DNA of 64,000 nucleotides, taken from the NCBI GenBank assembly GCA_963727775.1, contig CAVSHB010000002.1, forward strand, positions 800,001-864,000. Reading direction: 5' to 3'. The translations under genes and the position numbers were made by a program. Shown in pieces: positions 52,148 to 61,960 of this stretch (within the stretch, counting starts at the first letter, position 1; every line of letters starts with the position of its first letter). This DNA is from an uncultured Nitrospiraceae bacterium (GTDB taxonomy: Bacteria; Nitrospirota; Thermodesulfovibrionia; Thermodesulfovibrionales; SM23-35). Under the pieces are notes generated by a model that was not told the DNA's origin, ran no database searches, and saw only the letters and a list, made by a program, of their open reading frames with translations.

Positions 52148-53308
52148 ATGCTGTTATTTTTAATTATATTCTTCCTTCTTTACGGAGGAATGCATCTGTA
52201 TGCTTTTCTGAAAGCAAAAGCTGCTTTTGCATTTGGTTTATATACTGGTATTTGTATCGCTTTGTGCATGCTGGTATTGCTCTTGGCCCCGATTATTATC
52301 CGCCTGTCTGAAAGATCCGGGTTTGAAGGGTTTGCACGCGCGATGTCCTACATTGGATATACTTGGATGGGAGTGTTATTTTTGTTCGCTTCCTGTTCAT
52401 TGGTCCTTGATCTCTACCGCATTATTGTTCATACAGCCGGCTTTGCAATGAAAAAGGATTTTTCGTATCTTGCAGTGTCGTCGGGTTATGCTTTTTCAAT
52501 TCCCCTTGCTTTGTCTGTGTTGGTCGCCGTCTACGGCTATTTCGAGGCAAAGGATATCCGCACTGAAAAAATAGTGCTGAAATCACCCAAAATTCCTGAG
52601 GATATCGGCAGCCTGAGGATAGTCCAGATATCCGATGTCCATCTTGGATTGATAGTTAGAGAAGAAAGATTGAAAAGGATTGTAGAAGAAGTGAAAAAGG
52701 CAAAGCCGGATATCCTTGTATCAACAGGCGACCTTGTTGACGGGCAGATAAACGGTCTCTCCGGACTCGCTGAAATTTTGCGGGAAATCAAGCCGCGATA
52801 TGGGAAATTTGCGATAACGGGCAATCACGAGGTTTATGCCGGACTTACTCAGGCAGTAGATTTTACTGAAAAGGCAGGATTTAGAATACTGAGGGGTGAA
52901 GGATTGACTGTCGCAGGTATTAACATTGCCGGAGTCGATGATCCTCAGGCCAAAGTTTACAGCCGTCTTAAAGGAGTTACAGAGACAAAGCTGCTGTCAG
53001 GACTTCCTCCGGAAAGATTTACCCTGTTGCTCAAGCACAGGCCTCTCATCGACAGCAATGCGGTCGGCCTTTTCGACCTTCAGCTTTCGGGACATGTTCA
53101 TAAAGGCCAGATCTTTCCATTCAGTCTGATTACAGGCTTATATTATCATCCTATTCAGGCGGGGTTTGCGGACCTTGCTCATAATTCCCATTTATATATA
53201 AGCAGGGGGGCGGGCACGTGGGGGCCGCCGATACGCTTCCTGTCGCCTCCCGAGGTAACTGTAATTGACATAGTCCGTTCAGACGAAGCTTTGTTAACCC
53301 CACCCTAA
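52148..53308 (+). CDS. Membrane-anchored metallophosphoesterase
   Basis: SDVH, GDLVD, GNHE, HRP, GHVHKGQ, SRGAG. Confidence 0.92.
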   Translation: MLLFLIIFFLLYGGMHLYAFLKAKAAFAFGLYTGICIALCMLVLLLAPIIIRLSERSGFEGFARAMSYIGYTWMGVLFLFASCSLVLDLYRIIVHTAGFAMKKDFSYLAVSSGYAFSIPLALSVLVAVYGYFEAKDIRTEKIVLKSPKIPEDIGSLRIVQISDVHLGLIVREERLKRIVEEVKKAKPDILVSTGDLVDGQINGLSGLAEILREIKPRYGKFAITGNHEVYAGLTQAVDFTEKAGFRILRGEGLTVAGINIAGVDDPQAKVYSRLKGVTETKLLSGLPPERFTLLLKHRPLIDSNAVGLFDLQLSGHVHKGQIFPFSLITGLYYHPIQAGFADLAHNSHLYISRGAGTWGPPIRFLSPPEVTVIDIVRSDEALLTPP

Positions 53309-53324
53309 AACGCTTTTATAGCGT

Positions 53325-53359
53325 AAAGGGCCTCAGAAAACGAGGCCCTTTTTCTTTTT
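53325..53359 (+). terminator. Intrinsic terminator
   Basis: aaagggcctc/gaggcccttt stem plus T-run. Confidence 0.75.
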
Positions 53360-53415
53360 ATGCACTATAATAGATATGCATTATTTTAGTTGGTATCAAA
53401 GGAGTATTTGAAAGA

Positions 53416-54246
53416 ATGAGAAAATTTCCATTTCTGCATCTTTTCCTTTTTTTGCTTACGTTTATGTCTACTCTCTTCTGGGGGGCACTGCACGCAGGGG
53501 TGGACTTATTGAAAGAGCCTGGAAAGATTTACATGGGACTCCCGTTTGCATTAACGTTAATGACAATCCTTTTGTGCCATGAGTTATCACATTATTTTAC
53601 ATCAAAAAGACATAGGGTAAAGGCAACATTGCCATATTTTATCCCGGCCCCGACTATCATTGGTACCTTCGGGGCATTTATTAAGATGAAATCCCCGATT
53701 GCTACAAGAGAAGCCCTCATTGATATCGGAGCGTCGGGACCGATTGCAGGTTTTATCATTTCAGTTATTGCGACCGTTATAGGTCTGAGCATATCCGAGG
53801 TGGTATCTGTCGCCCAAGCCAAAGGAGGACTGAACCTTGGTGATTCAATCCTCTTTTCTTTCCTGTCAAGAATGATATTAGGGGTCACGCCGTCCGGGTA
53901 TGACATCCTATTGAACCCAGTTGCCTTTGCCGGATGGATCGGCCTTTTTGTTACTTCCATTAATCTGATCCCGGTCGGGCAGCTTGACGGCGGACATATT
54001 GCCTATGCGCTTTTAGGGGACAGACATATTAAGCTTTCTATTTTACTTATTGTTGTAATGGCTTTCCTGGGACTCTTCTTATGGCAGGGATGGGCCATAT
54101 GGGCGGTTTTATTGGTAATACTCGGGCTAAGACATCCGCCCGTGCTTTATTGGGTACCCGGATTAGACTCTAAGAGGAAATTTGTCGGATGGCTCTCACT
54201 TGTAATATTTATACTGACATTTATTCCTATGCCGTTCAATTTTTAA
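53416..54246 (+). CDS. Site-2 protease (M50)
   Basis: HELSH, GASGPIAG, NLIPVGQLDGGH. Confidence 0.93.
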   Translation: MRKFPFLHLFLFLLTFMSTLFWGALHAGVDLLKEPGKIYMGLPFALTLMTILLCHELSHYFTSKRHRVKATLPYFIPAPTIIGTFGAFIKMKSPIATREALIDIGASGPIAGFIISVIATVIGLSISEVVSVAQAKGGLNLGDSILFSFLSRMILGVTPSGYDILLNPVAFAGWIGLFVTSINLIPVGQLDGGHIAYALLGDRHIKLSILLIVVMAFLGLFLWQGWAIWAVLLVILGLRHPPVLYWVPGLDSKRKFVGWLSLVIFILTFIPMPFNF

Positions 54247-54430
54247 GTGACTCATACTTAAAGAAGAAATCGTTTCTATGGTATACTATTTATTGACCGG
54301 TAGGATGAAATTCATATAACTGTAGTTGATTCTCTTCAATCCCTATGTATTTATAAAAGTTTTTGGGAAATTATTAATAATCCGTTCATTTCGTCATTGT
54401 TAAAACTTTCTATTAAAAAGGAGATTCTGC

Positions 54431-54874
54431 ATGAAGGTTATACTGAAAGAAGACGTTAAAAATATCGGCAGTATGGGGCAGATTGTGGATGTGGCTGATG
54501 GGTTTGCGAGAAATTACCTGGTGCCAAGAGCACTCGCTGCCGAGGCTAATGTAAAGAACATACGGTCTCTCGAACATGAAAAAACAATTATTCAGGAGAA
54601 GGCCAAAAAAATCAAGAACCAGGCCCAAGTCCTGTCGGACAAGGTTTCTAATATGACCATAATAATTAAGGCAAAGGCCGGTGAAGAAGGAAAACTATTC
54701 GGCGCTGTAACAACAATGGACATAGCCGAGCAGATGAAAAATGAAGGGGTGGATATCGACAAGAAGAAGATTGTCCTTGATGAGCCCATAAAGAGGGTTG
54801 GTTCCTATTCCGTAGGCATAAAGCTCCATCCTTCGGTTGCAACGCTGGTCAATGTGCAGGTTGTCGAGGAATAA
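54431..54874 (+). CDS. rplI: 50S ribosomal protein L9
   Basis: MKVILKEDV..VADGFARNYL, GKLFGAVT. Confidence 0.98.
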   Translation: MKVILKEDVKNIGSMGQIVDVADGFARNYLVPRALAAEANVKNIRSLEHEKTIIQEKAKKIKNQAQVLSDKVSNMTIIIKAKAGEEGKLFGAVTTMDIAEQMKNEGVDIDKKKIVLDEPIKRVGSYSVGIKLHPSVATLVNVQVVEE

Positions 54875-54920
54875 GAGTTTAGGCCGCTAAATAACAGAAG
54901 ATAATAAGGTATTTTTAAGA

Positions 54921-56294
54921 ATGAAAAGCGCAGAAGTACAGCTCGATAAGCTGCCGCCCCAGAACCTGGAGGCAGAGCAATCCATTCTCGGTGCGGTCCT
55001 CATAGATAACGATGCGCTGCCGAAAGCATTGGAGATCCTCGACCCCGAAGATTTCTATAAGCTGTCCCACAGAAAAATATTCAATGCAATGTCGGACCTT
55101 TTCGAGAAAAATGAAGCGATAGACCTAATAACACTGACGGACTGCCTGAAAAAGAAGGACGATCTGGAAACCGTCGGCGGTGTATCTTATCTCTCATCTC
55201 TGGTCAATATGACCCCGACTGCTGCAAATATAAAATATCATTCGCACATCGTAAGGGAAAGGGCTTTGCTGAGGGGGCTTTTAAGGTCTGCGAATGAGAT
55301 TGCAGGCAAGGTCTATGAAGAAAGTCTTGACGCAGAGGATCTCGTTGATTTTGCGGAGAGATCAATCTTCGATATATCCGACAAAAGAATTAAAGCTTCA
55401 TTTGTGACCTTAAAAGAGGTCATTAAAGACAGCTTTGAGATGATAGAACGTCTCTATGACAAAAAGGAATCTGTAACAGGAGTGCCTTCAGGTTTCAAGG
55501 ACCTTGATGACCTTACGACAGGGTTCCAAAAAGGTGATCTGGTCGTAATAGGCGGAAGGCCTTCGATGGGGAAAACGGCGTTCTCGCTTAATGTCGCCCA
55601 GTATGTCGGGCTTGAAATGAAAGAGCCGGTTGCGATATTCAGCCTTGAAATGTCAAAGGAACAGCTTGCTTTAAGAATGTTGTGTTCCGAAGCGAAGGTA
55701 AATTCGAACAGCATCAGAAAAGGGTTTATAAAAAAAGAGGACTGGCATAAACTGACGAGCGCGGCAAGCAACCTTACAAGCGCGCCGATTTTTATCGATG
55801 ATTCATCCGCTATTACAGTCCTTGAACTGAGGGCAAAGGCAAGACGGCTAAAAATGGAACATGGCCTCAGCCTTATTATTGTGGACTACCTGCAGTTGAT
55901 GAAAGGTAAGGGAAGTTTTGAAAGGCGTGAACAGGAGATATCCGATATATCCCGCTCTCTTAAAGCGCTGGCAAAAGAGCTGAGCGTGCCTGTTATTGCC
56001 GTCAGCCAGCTCAACAGGAGCGTTGAGTCGCGCAAACCTCCGAAGCCCATGTTGGCGGACCTGAGGGAATCAGGGGCTATTGAGCAGGATGCGGATGTTA
56101 TCCTTTTTCTTTACAGGGATGAAGTTTATAATAAGGACAATCCTGCCAATAAGGGAAAAGCGGAAGTTGACATTGCCAAGCAAAGAAACGGTCCTGCCGG
56201 AGTAACAGTCCATTTGGCGTATATCTCGAGCTGCACAAGGTTTATGAACATGGCGGACAGGGAGTATGGGGATATGGAGGAGGAAGCGTTTTGA
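54921..56294 (+). CDS. dnaB: Replicative DNA helicase
   Basis: PPQNLEAEQS, GRPSMGKT, FSLEM, DYLQL, SQLNR, DLRESGAIEQDAD, KQRNGP. Confidence 0.98.
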   Translation: MKSAEVQLDKLPPQNLEAEQSILGAVLIDNDALPKALEILDPEDFYKLSHRKIFNAMSDLFEKNEAIDLITLTDCLKKKDDLETVGGVSYLSSLVNMTPTAANIKYHSHIVRERALLRGLLRSANEIAGKVYEESLDAEDLVDFAERSIFDISDKRIKASFVTLKEVIKDSFEMIERLYDKKESVTGVPSGFKDLDDLTTGFQKGDLVVIGGRPSMGKTAFSLNVAQYVGLEMKEPVAIFSLEMSKEQLALRMLCSEAKVNSNSIRKGFIKKEDWHKLTSAASNLTSAPIFIDDSSAITVLELRAKARRLKMEHGLSLIIVDYLQLMKGKGSFERREQEISDISRSLKALAKELSVPVIAVSQLNRSVESRKPPKPMLADLRESGAIEQDADVILFLYRDEVYNKDNPANKGKAEVDIAKQRNGPAGVTVHLAYISSCTRFMNMADREYGDMEEEAF

Positions 56295-57094
56295 AACGGT
56301 CTCCCTCAGTCTCAGGGCAGTTTTATTATGACACTGCCTCAAAATTGACCGATCAAGTCGGGCAGTATATAGACAAAAATGCAAAAAAGGAAAGGGTAAT
56401 AGGTATTGTTTCTCCCCATGCAGGTCTCATGTATTCGGGAGCTGTTGCAGGGGCTGTTTATTCCGCGATAGATTTTCCTGAGACATTTATCCTTTTGGGA
56501 CCGAATCATACAGGACTTGGGTCGCGGATATCCATAATGGAATCCGGTGAGTGGGAGATACCTACCGGTATTTTTCAGATAGATGAGAAGATTTCCCATA
56601 AGATTGCCATGAGCGTGCCCATTGCGGCCAAGGACACAAAGGCCCATATGTTTGAGCACTCGATCGAGGTGCAACTGCCCTTTATCGCGTATTTCTCTCA
56701 AAGCGTAAAAATTGTTCCGATTGTCATGCTTTCAGCAACTGTTGAGGAATGCAGGTTGCTTGGAGAGGGAATTGCAGCAGCAGTTAAGGATGCGAACTAT
56801 CCGGTTGTTGTTGCGGCAAGTTCGGATATGAGCCATTATGTGCCTGATAATGTTGCACGGCAGAAAGATAAAAAAGCTGTAGACAGGATACTGTCTCTCG
56901 ACCCAGGGGGCCTGTATGAAGTGGTAATAAAAGAAAAGATATCCATGTGCGGATATCTGCCTGTTACGGCGATGCTGTTTGCCGCAAAGGCGCTCGGCGC
57001 AGGGTCCGCAAGACTTGTTAACTATTCTACATCGGCAGAGGTCAGTGGAGATTATGACCATGTTGTCGGTTATGCAGGAATTGTACTGAGATAA
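56291..57094 (+). CDS. amrB: AmmeMemoRadiSam system protein B (Memo-like)
   Basis: R.PSVSGQFY, PHAG..YSG, GPNH, EHSIEVQLPF, SSDMSH, SMCG, VGYAG. Confidence 0.93.
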   Translation: MKRSPSVSGQFYYDTASKLTDQVGQYIDKNAKKERVIGIVSPHAGLMYSGAVAGAVYSAIDFPETFILLGPNHTGLGSRISIMESGEWEIPTGIFQIDEKISHKIAMSVPIAAKDTKAHMFEHSIEVQLPFIAYFSQSVKIVPIVMLSATVEECRLLGEGIAAAVKDANYPVVVAASSDMSHYVPDNVARQKDKKAVDRILSLDPGGLYEVVIKEKISMCGYLPVTAMLFAAKALGAGSARLVNYSTSAEVSGDYDHVVGYAGIVLR

Positions 57095-57151
57095 CCTTGT
57101 TTTTTAATTTATAAGTATGTTATTTTATTAAGTTGAAATGGAGGTATATAT

Positions 57152-57469
57152 ATGTATGCAATAATTGAAAATGGGGGGAAACAGTACAGAATCTCTCCCG
57201 GCGAAACGATAAGAATAGAAAAAATACCGGATGAAGACGGCACAGATATTACTTTGGATAAAGTGCTGATGGTCAATAAAGATGACCAAAACGTTTATGG
57301 CTCGCCTTATATCAATGGCGCTAAGGTTATAGCATCGGTTGAGCATACGGGGAAGGGGCGCAAAGTTGTTGTGCACAAGCAAAGGCCCCGGAAGGTTTAC
57401 AGAAAAACCAATGGACACAGGCAGTTTTATACATCAGTGAAAATCAAAGAAATAGTTTTGGAGGGATAA
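57152..57469 (+). CDS. rplU: 50S ribosomal protein L21
   Basis: MYAII..GGKQY, GHRQFYT. Confidence 0.97.
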   Translation: MYAIIENGGKQYRISPGETIRIEKIPDEDGTDITLDKVLMVNKDDQNVYGSPYINGAKVIASVEHTGKGRKVVVHKQRPRKVYRKTNGHRQFYTSVKIKEIVLEG

Positions 57470-57471
57470 CC

Positions 57472-57732
57472 ATGGCGCATAAAAAAGGTGTAGGCAGTTC
57501 AAGAAACGGGCGCGACAGTCAATCACAGAGATTAGGCGTTAAAAGGTTCGGCGGGCAATCAGTACGCGCCGGAAATATACTTGTAAGGCAGCGGGGCACA
57601 AAATTCCACCCCGGTACAAACGTAGGCAAGGGATCTGATGATACTTTATTTGCATTGGTTGACGGAGTCGTGAATTTTGAACGCAAAGACAGGGCCAGGT
57701 TACAGATAAGCGTTTATCCGGCGGCACAGTAA
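57472..57732 (+). CDS. rpmA: 50S ribosomal protein L27
   Basis: [26 protein letters not shown]. Confidence 0.98.
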   Translation: MAHKKGVGSSRNGRDSQSQRLGVKRFGGQSVRAGNILVRQRGTKFHPGTNVGKGSDDTLFALVDGVVNFERKDRARLQISVYPAAQ

Positions 57733-57757
57733 GCGACTTTTTAATTGGGAATATTGG

Positions 57758-57784
57758 AGGCGGGCCAAAATGCCCGCCTTTTTT
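57758..57784 (+). terminator. Intrinsic terminator after rpmA
   Basis: aggcgggc/gcccgcct stem plus T-run. Confidence 0.8.
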
Positions 57785-57796
57785 GTTTGAACATGA

Positions 57797-57962
57797 TTAA
57801 CCCACTTAATTCATAAAATTTTCGGGTGCCGACAGCTACAGTATTTGCGCTCATTCTCGGCCCGGTACAAATCTGGCCTCCGAGGTAAATTCTTTCTTCG
57901 AAAGAATTTAAAGCCGCTTAAATACTGCATCTGTCGGCAATCTTATGAATAGTTTGGGTTAA
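57797..57962. repeat. Structured ~160-bp intergenic repeat, family B copy 2
   Basis: Direct homolog of 51964-52120; imperfect terminal inverted repeat ttaaccca..ttcataa / ttatgaa..tgggttaa. Confidence 0.85.
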
Positions 57963-58057
57963 CCTGAATAAATAAATTTGATGACAGGCTTATGGACATA
58001 AAAACTTATAAAATGCAGCTGGCTTTTTCTTCCGGTCCAGGTATGAGATAATCTATT

Positions 58058-59077
58058 ATGCAATTTGTTGACTATGCAAAGATATATGTAAAGGCCGGTC
58101 ATGGGGGTAGCGGCTGCGTCAGCTTCAGGAGGGAGAAGTACGTTCCAAAAGGCGGACCGGATGGCGGAGACGGGGGAAGGGGCGGGCATATTATATTCAG
58201 GGCGACCGATGAGCTGAATACACTCCTGGACCAGAGGTATCATCGTGAATACAATGCAGACAAAGGACAGCACGGCATGGGAAAAAAGATGCATGGCCGG
58301 AACGGTGAGGACCTCATTATCCGCGTACCGGTCGGAACTATAATTAAGGATGCTGATACAGAAGAAGTCCTCGTCGACCTCAATGAATCAGGGATGGAGT
58401 ATATGATTGTCAAAGGAGGCAGGGGAGGGCTCGGCAATACACATTTTGCCACTTCTACCAGGCAGGTGCCCAGGTTTGCGCAACCCGGAGAGGAAGGCGA
58501 GTACAAGTGGCTGATACTTGAACTAAAGCTCCTTGCAGATGTGGGATTAATCGGACTTCCAAATTCAGGGAAGTCAACCCTTTTGTCTGTAATATCCGCT
58601 GCTCGACCGAAGGTTGGAGATTATCCATTTACAACATTGTCTCCGATGCTCGGAGTTGTGAAACGTGAAGATTACAGGAGTTTTGTTGTCGCTGATATCC
58701 CCGGACTTATCGAAGGCGCTCATAAAGGTGTGGGGCTCGGGTTCCAGTTTTTAAGGCATATTGAGCGAACATCGATACTCCTCCACCTTGTTGATATATC
58801 GGAAACCGGGGAGGGCGACCCTATAGAAAACCTTGAGAAGATCAATAAAGAGCTCGATCTATACAGTCCTGAACTCACAAAAAAACCGCAGGCGGTTGTC
58901 GGTACAAAACTTGATATTTCCGGTAATAATAAGCGGCTTGACAAACTGGAAAGCTATTGCAAAACAGAAAAAATAGATTTTTTACCGGTATCGGCGGCAA
59001 CCGGTGTAGGCATCAAAAAGCTTTTGTCGTATCTTTCATTGACGGTGGAAGATATGCGGAGTGCAAGAAAAAGTTAA
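58058..59077 (+). CDS. obgE: GTPase ObgE
   Basis: FRREKYVPKGGPDGGDGG, GLPNSGKST, YPFTT, DIPG, TKLD. Confidence 0.98.
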   Translation: MQFVDYAKIYVKAGHGGSGCVSFRREKYVPKGGPDGGDGGRGGHIIFRATDELNTLLDQRYHREYNADKGQHGMGKKMHGRNGEDLIIRVPVGTIIKDADTEEVLVDLNESGMEYMIVKGGRGGLGNTHFATSTRQVPRFAQPGEEGEYKWLILELKLLADVGLIGLPNSGKSTLLSVISAARPKVGDYPFTTLSPMLGVVKREDYRSFVVADIPGLIEGAHKGVGLGFQFLRHIERTSILLHLVDISETGEGDPIENLEKINKELDLYSPELTKKPQAVVGTKLDISGNNKRLDKLESYCKTEKIDFLPVSAATGVGIKKLLSYLSLTVEDMRSARKS

Positions 59078-59104
59078 CGCTCACAAGTCTATCTGAATAG
59101 GCAT

Positions 59105-59440
59105 ATGAGAAAGCAAAGGCCCAAAGAACCGTTTGTCCCTGTTGAAAGGCAGGAGACTATCCGGCAGAAGATAATATCATTGCTTGATGGAAAAACCCTA
59201 TCGGCAAAGGACATATCAGTTGAAGTCGGAGTTTCAGAAAAAGAGGTATACGGACATCTTGAGCATATTCAGAGGACAATGAATACAGTGAAACATAATT
59301 TTGTTATTACTCCTGCAGAATGCAAGAAGTGCCGTTTTGTCTTCAGAAAAAGGGACAGGCTTAAAAAACCTGGGAAATGTCCTGTGTGCCGCAGCGAACT
59401 TATAGAAGAGCCTTTGTTTTACGTCCGCAAACATAATTAA
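59105..59440 (+). CDS. HTH + zinc-ribbon putative transcriptional regulator
   Basis: EKEVYGHLEHI, CKKC, KPGKCPVC. Confidence 0.8.
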   Translation: MRKQRPKEPFVPVERQETIRQKIISLLDGKTLSAKDISVEVGVSEKEVYGHLEHIQRTMNTVKHNFVITPAECKKCRFVFRKRDRLKKPGKCPVCRSELIEEPLFYVRKHN

Positions 59441-59662
59441 ACATGGCGACATATATTTTGCCGCATAATTACAATTCAACCCTATAATTCATGCCACTTC
59501 ATGCGACAATTGTTATGACGGTATGTTTAGTTTGAGTTACAGCATACCACATATTCCGTAGCATTGCCGCTATCTGGTTCGATTTATTCCTGCAGCCAAT
59601 TCCGATAGGGGGTGCCGCCTCATTTAGCATGTATTTTCCTTTCTTGAGTCTAATGCCAATAT

Positions 59663-59693
59663 TGTGTAATAATATGTGTAAGATATTGTGTAA
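59663..59693 (+). promoter_or_regulatory. Three TGTGTAA direct repeats, probable antitoxin operator
   Basis: Copies at 59663, 59675 and 59687 (12-bp period) just before the vapB RBS. Confidence 0.55.
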
Positions 59694-59705
59694 AAGGAGG
59701 TCCCC

Positions 59706-59906
59706 ATGCCGACAAATCTGGCGATAGATAATGACCTTTTAAACGAGGCGCTGAAAATAGGAAAGCATAAAACTAAAAAGAATGCGGTTAATGAAGCCCT
59801 GCGAGAGTATATCGAAAGAAGAAAGCGGAAAGAAATTATCTCCATGTTCGGCAAAGTGGATATTGATCCTGCCTATGATTACAAAAAAGAGCGGAAGCGT
59901 AGATGA
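59706..59906 (+). CDS. VapB antitoxin
   Basis: MPTNLAIDNDLL..TKK.AVNEALREY. Confidence 0.9.
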   Translation: MPTNLAIDNDLLNEALKIGKHKTKKNAVNEALREYIERRKRKEIISMFGKVDIDPAYDYKKERKRR

Positions 59907-60310
59907 GGATACTCGTAGATACCTCTGTATGGTCTCTTGCCTTGAGGAGACAATCCTCAACGGTACATGCGGAAGCTGTACTGTTGAGGTCGCTCATCGA
60001 ACAGGGAGAAGATATCTCCATTCTTGGGATCATACTCCAGGAGATCCTCCAGGGAGTAAGGAATCCCAAAGACTTAAATCAATTGAAAGAATATTTTGTT
60101 GCTTTCCCTATCCTTGAGTTAATGCGGGAAGATTATATAAAAGCAGCGGAACTAAAAAATCACCTTATGAGGAATGGGAAACAAGTAGGCACGATAGACG
60201 TTCTTATCGCATCCGCGGCAATCTCTTACGGATGCTCCCTTTTTACGGCAGATCAGGATTTTACCTATATAGCAATGCACTCAAAATTGAAGCTTCTGAG
60301 TAAAAAGTGA
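59903..60310 (+). CDS. PIN-domain toxin (VapC)
   Basis: LVDTSVW, QEILQG, IDVLIA, TADQDF. Confidence 0.92.
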   Translation: MRILVDTSVWSLALRRQSSTVHAEAVLLRSLIEQGEDISILGIILQEILQGVRNPKDLNQLKEYFVAFPILELMREDYIKAAELKNHLMRNGKQVGTIDVLIASAAISYGCSLFTADQDFTYIAMHSKLKLLSKK

Positions 60311-60608
60311 GTTTTATTTCATGTGGTAGTGCCGATAAAATTATTTTCTGTGGGTATACTGCAGAAATACATGATTTGTTTTTTGACGCATTATTAGTTT
60401 TTCCCCGACAAGGCCTGAATCTACTGCTATACCGGAGCGGTCGGGATAATAATATCCGTACTCACCATTAATCTTTAAGGTAGGCGCTCAAGGTTTTGCC
60501 GGTGACGGCCATCATCTCTATGGCAAGTCGGAATCCGAACGGGGTGTCTTTTTCGAAGGTATGGTTGAAGGCCAAAAATATTTTTTGAACAAAGCCATAA
60601 CTTGTTAT

Positions 60609-61947
60609 CAGAAAGCGCCGTAAAACCCCTTCTCTTCAGGGCGGGGATATAAGGCGTGCAGTTAATTTGACGTTCTCACAGGCTAGGGATATAATATTAC
60701 ATTGCTGATACGCAAGGCATACAAATACAGACTGAAGACCAAACCGAAAATAGAAGCCCAACTCCGTCAATTCGCAGGCTGCTGTCGGTTTGTCTGGAAC
60801 AAAGCCCTTGCCCTACAGAAAGAGCAGATCGATAATAAAGAAAGCTGTCTCCCATATACCAAGCTGGCCGCTCTTCTCTTGAAATGGAAATCCGATCCTA
60901 ACCTGTCCTTTCTTCGGGACGCACACTCCCAGGTCCTTCAGCAGTCTTTAATGTCTCTGGAGAGGGCACTTAAAGACGCCTTTAACAAGCAAAGCCCAAA
61001 ACGGTTCCCGAAGTTTAAGAAGAAAGGCGTCCATGACTCTTTTCGATATCACCAGGGGTCTGCCATAAACGGCAATACCGTCTATTTGCCGAAGATAGGA
61101 TCGGTTCCATTTTACAAAAGCAGGGAGATTGAGGGAGACATTAAGAACGTTACCGTATCGCGCAGGGGTAAGTATTGGTTCATATCCATCCAGACCGAAA
61201 TAGAAGTCCACGAGCCGGTGCATCCTTCCGCATCTTCTGTTGCCATAGATATGGGAGTGAAGAGATTTGCGACGCTCTCTGATGGAACATACTATAAGCC
61301 CTTAAACAGCTTCAAGACCCTTTGTGTGAAGCTGGCGCATGAGCAACGGAATCTTTTCCGGAAGGTCAAAGGCTCCCGTAACTGGCACAAACAGAAGAGG
61401 GTAATAGCAAAGCTGCATATCCGCATAGCCGATTCGAGAAGCGACTACCTTCATAAGACCAGCACAGCCATAAGCAAAAGCCACGCTCTGGTAGTGCTGG
61501 AAGATTTGAAGATAGCCAATATGTCGGCATCAGCCAAGGGCACGCGCGAGAAACCTGGACGGAATGTTAAGGCCAAGTCAGGACTTAATAAGGCGATCCT
61601 CGATCAGGGATGGTACGAGTTCAGAAGGATGCTTGAGTACAAACAGCTCTGGAGGGGCGGTGACGTAATTGCGATCCCGCCTCAAAATACCTCCAGGACC
61701 TGCCCCATGTGCGGACACATCAGTTCGGACAACAGGAAGCGACAGGAGCAATTCAGATGCGTAAGGTGCAGCTACAGCGGCAATGCCGACTATGTAGCAG
61801 CGCTCAATATTTTGGCGGCGGGACATGCCGTGGCAGCCTGTGGAGAGATTGGTGCATCAAGACCGCTCCGTGAAGCAGGAACCTCCAGGGTGGCAGCATG
61901 AAGCTGTCCTCTGGAATCATCGGCCTTCAGGCCGGTGAGGATGTCAA
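60609..61947 (+). mobile_element. IS200/IS605 (IS1341-type, TnpB-only) element
   Basis: Left-end hairpin region cgccgtaaaacccc..cagggcggggatataaggcg; right end ggaatcatcggccttcaggccggtgaggatgtcaa; left boundary approximate. Confidence 0.8.
60702..61901 (+). CDS. tnpB: RNA-guided endonuclease TnpB
   Basis: KAYKYRL, GCCRFVWN, RuvC IDMG / VLEDL / NADYVAA, CPMC..CVRC zinc finger. Confidence 0.93.
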   Translation: MLIRKAYKYRLKTKPKIEAQLRQFAGCCRFVWNKALALQKEQIDNKESCLPYTKLAALLLKWKSDPNLSFLRDAHSQVLQQSLMSLERALKDAFNKQSPKRFPKFKKKGVHDSFRYHQGSAINGNTVYLPKIGSVPFYKSREIEGDIKNVTVSRRGKYWFISIQTEIEVHEPVHPSASSVAIDMGVKRFATLSDGTYYKPLNSFKTLCVKLAHEQRNLFRKVKGSRNWHKQKRVIAKLHIRIADSRSDYLHKTSTAISKSHALVVLEDLKIANMSASAKGTREKPGRNVKAKSGLNKAILDQGWYEFRRMLEYKQLWRGGDVIAIPPQNTSRTCPMCGHISSDNRKRQEQFRCVRCSYSGNADYVAALNILAAGHAVAACGEIGASRPLREAGTSRVAA

Positions 61948-61960
61948 ATAGTAAATCAAT

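Noticed and set aside
60470..60608. Minus-strand protein-like tail (..FNHTFEKDTPFGFRLAIEMM..) abutting the TnpB left end
   Set aside because: May be a truncated gene, but no matching 5' half is visible beyond the right end and the family is unrecognised
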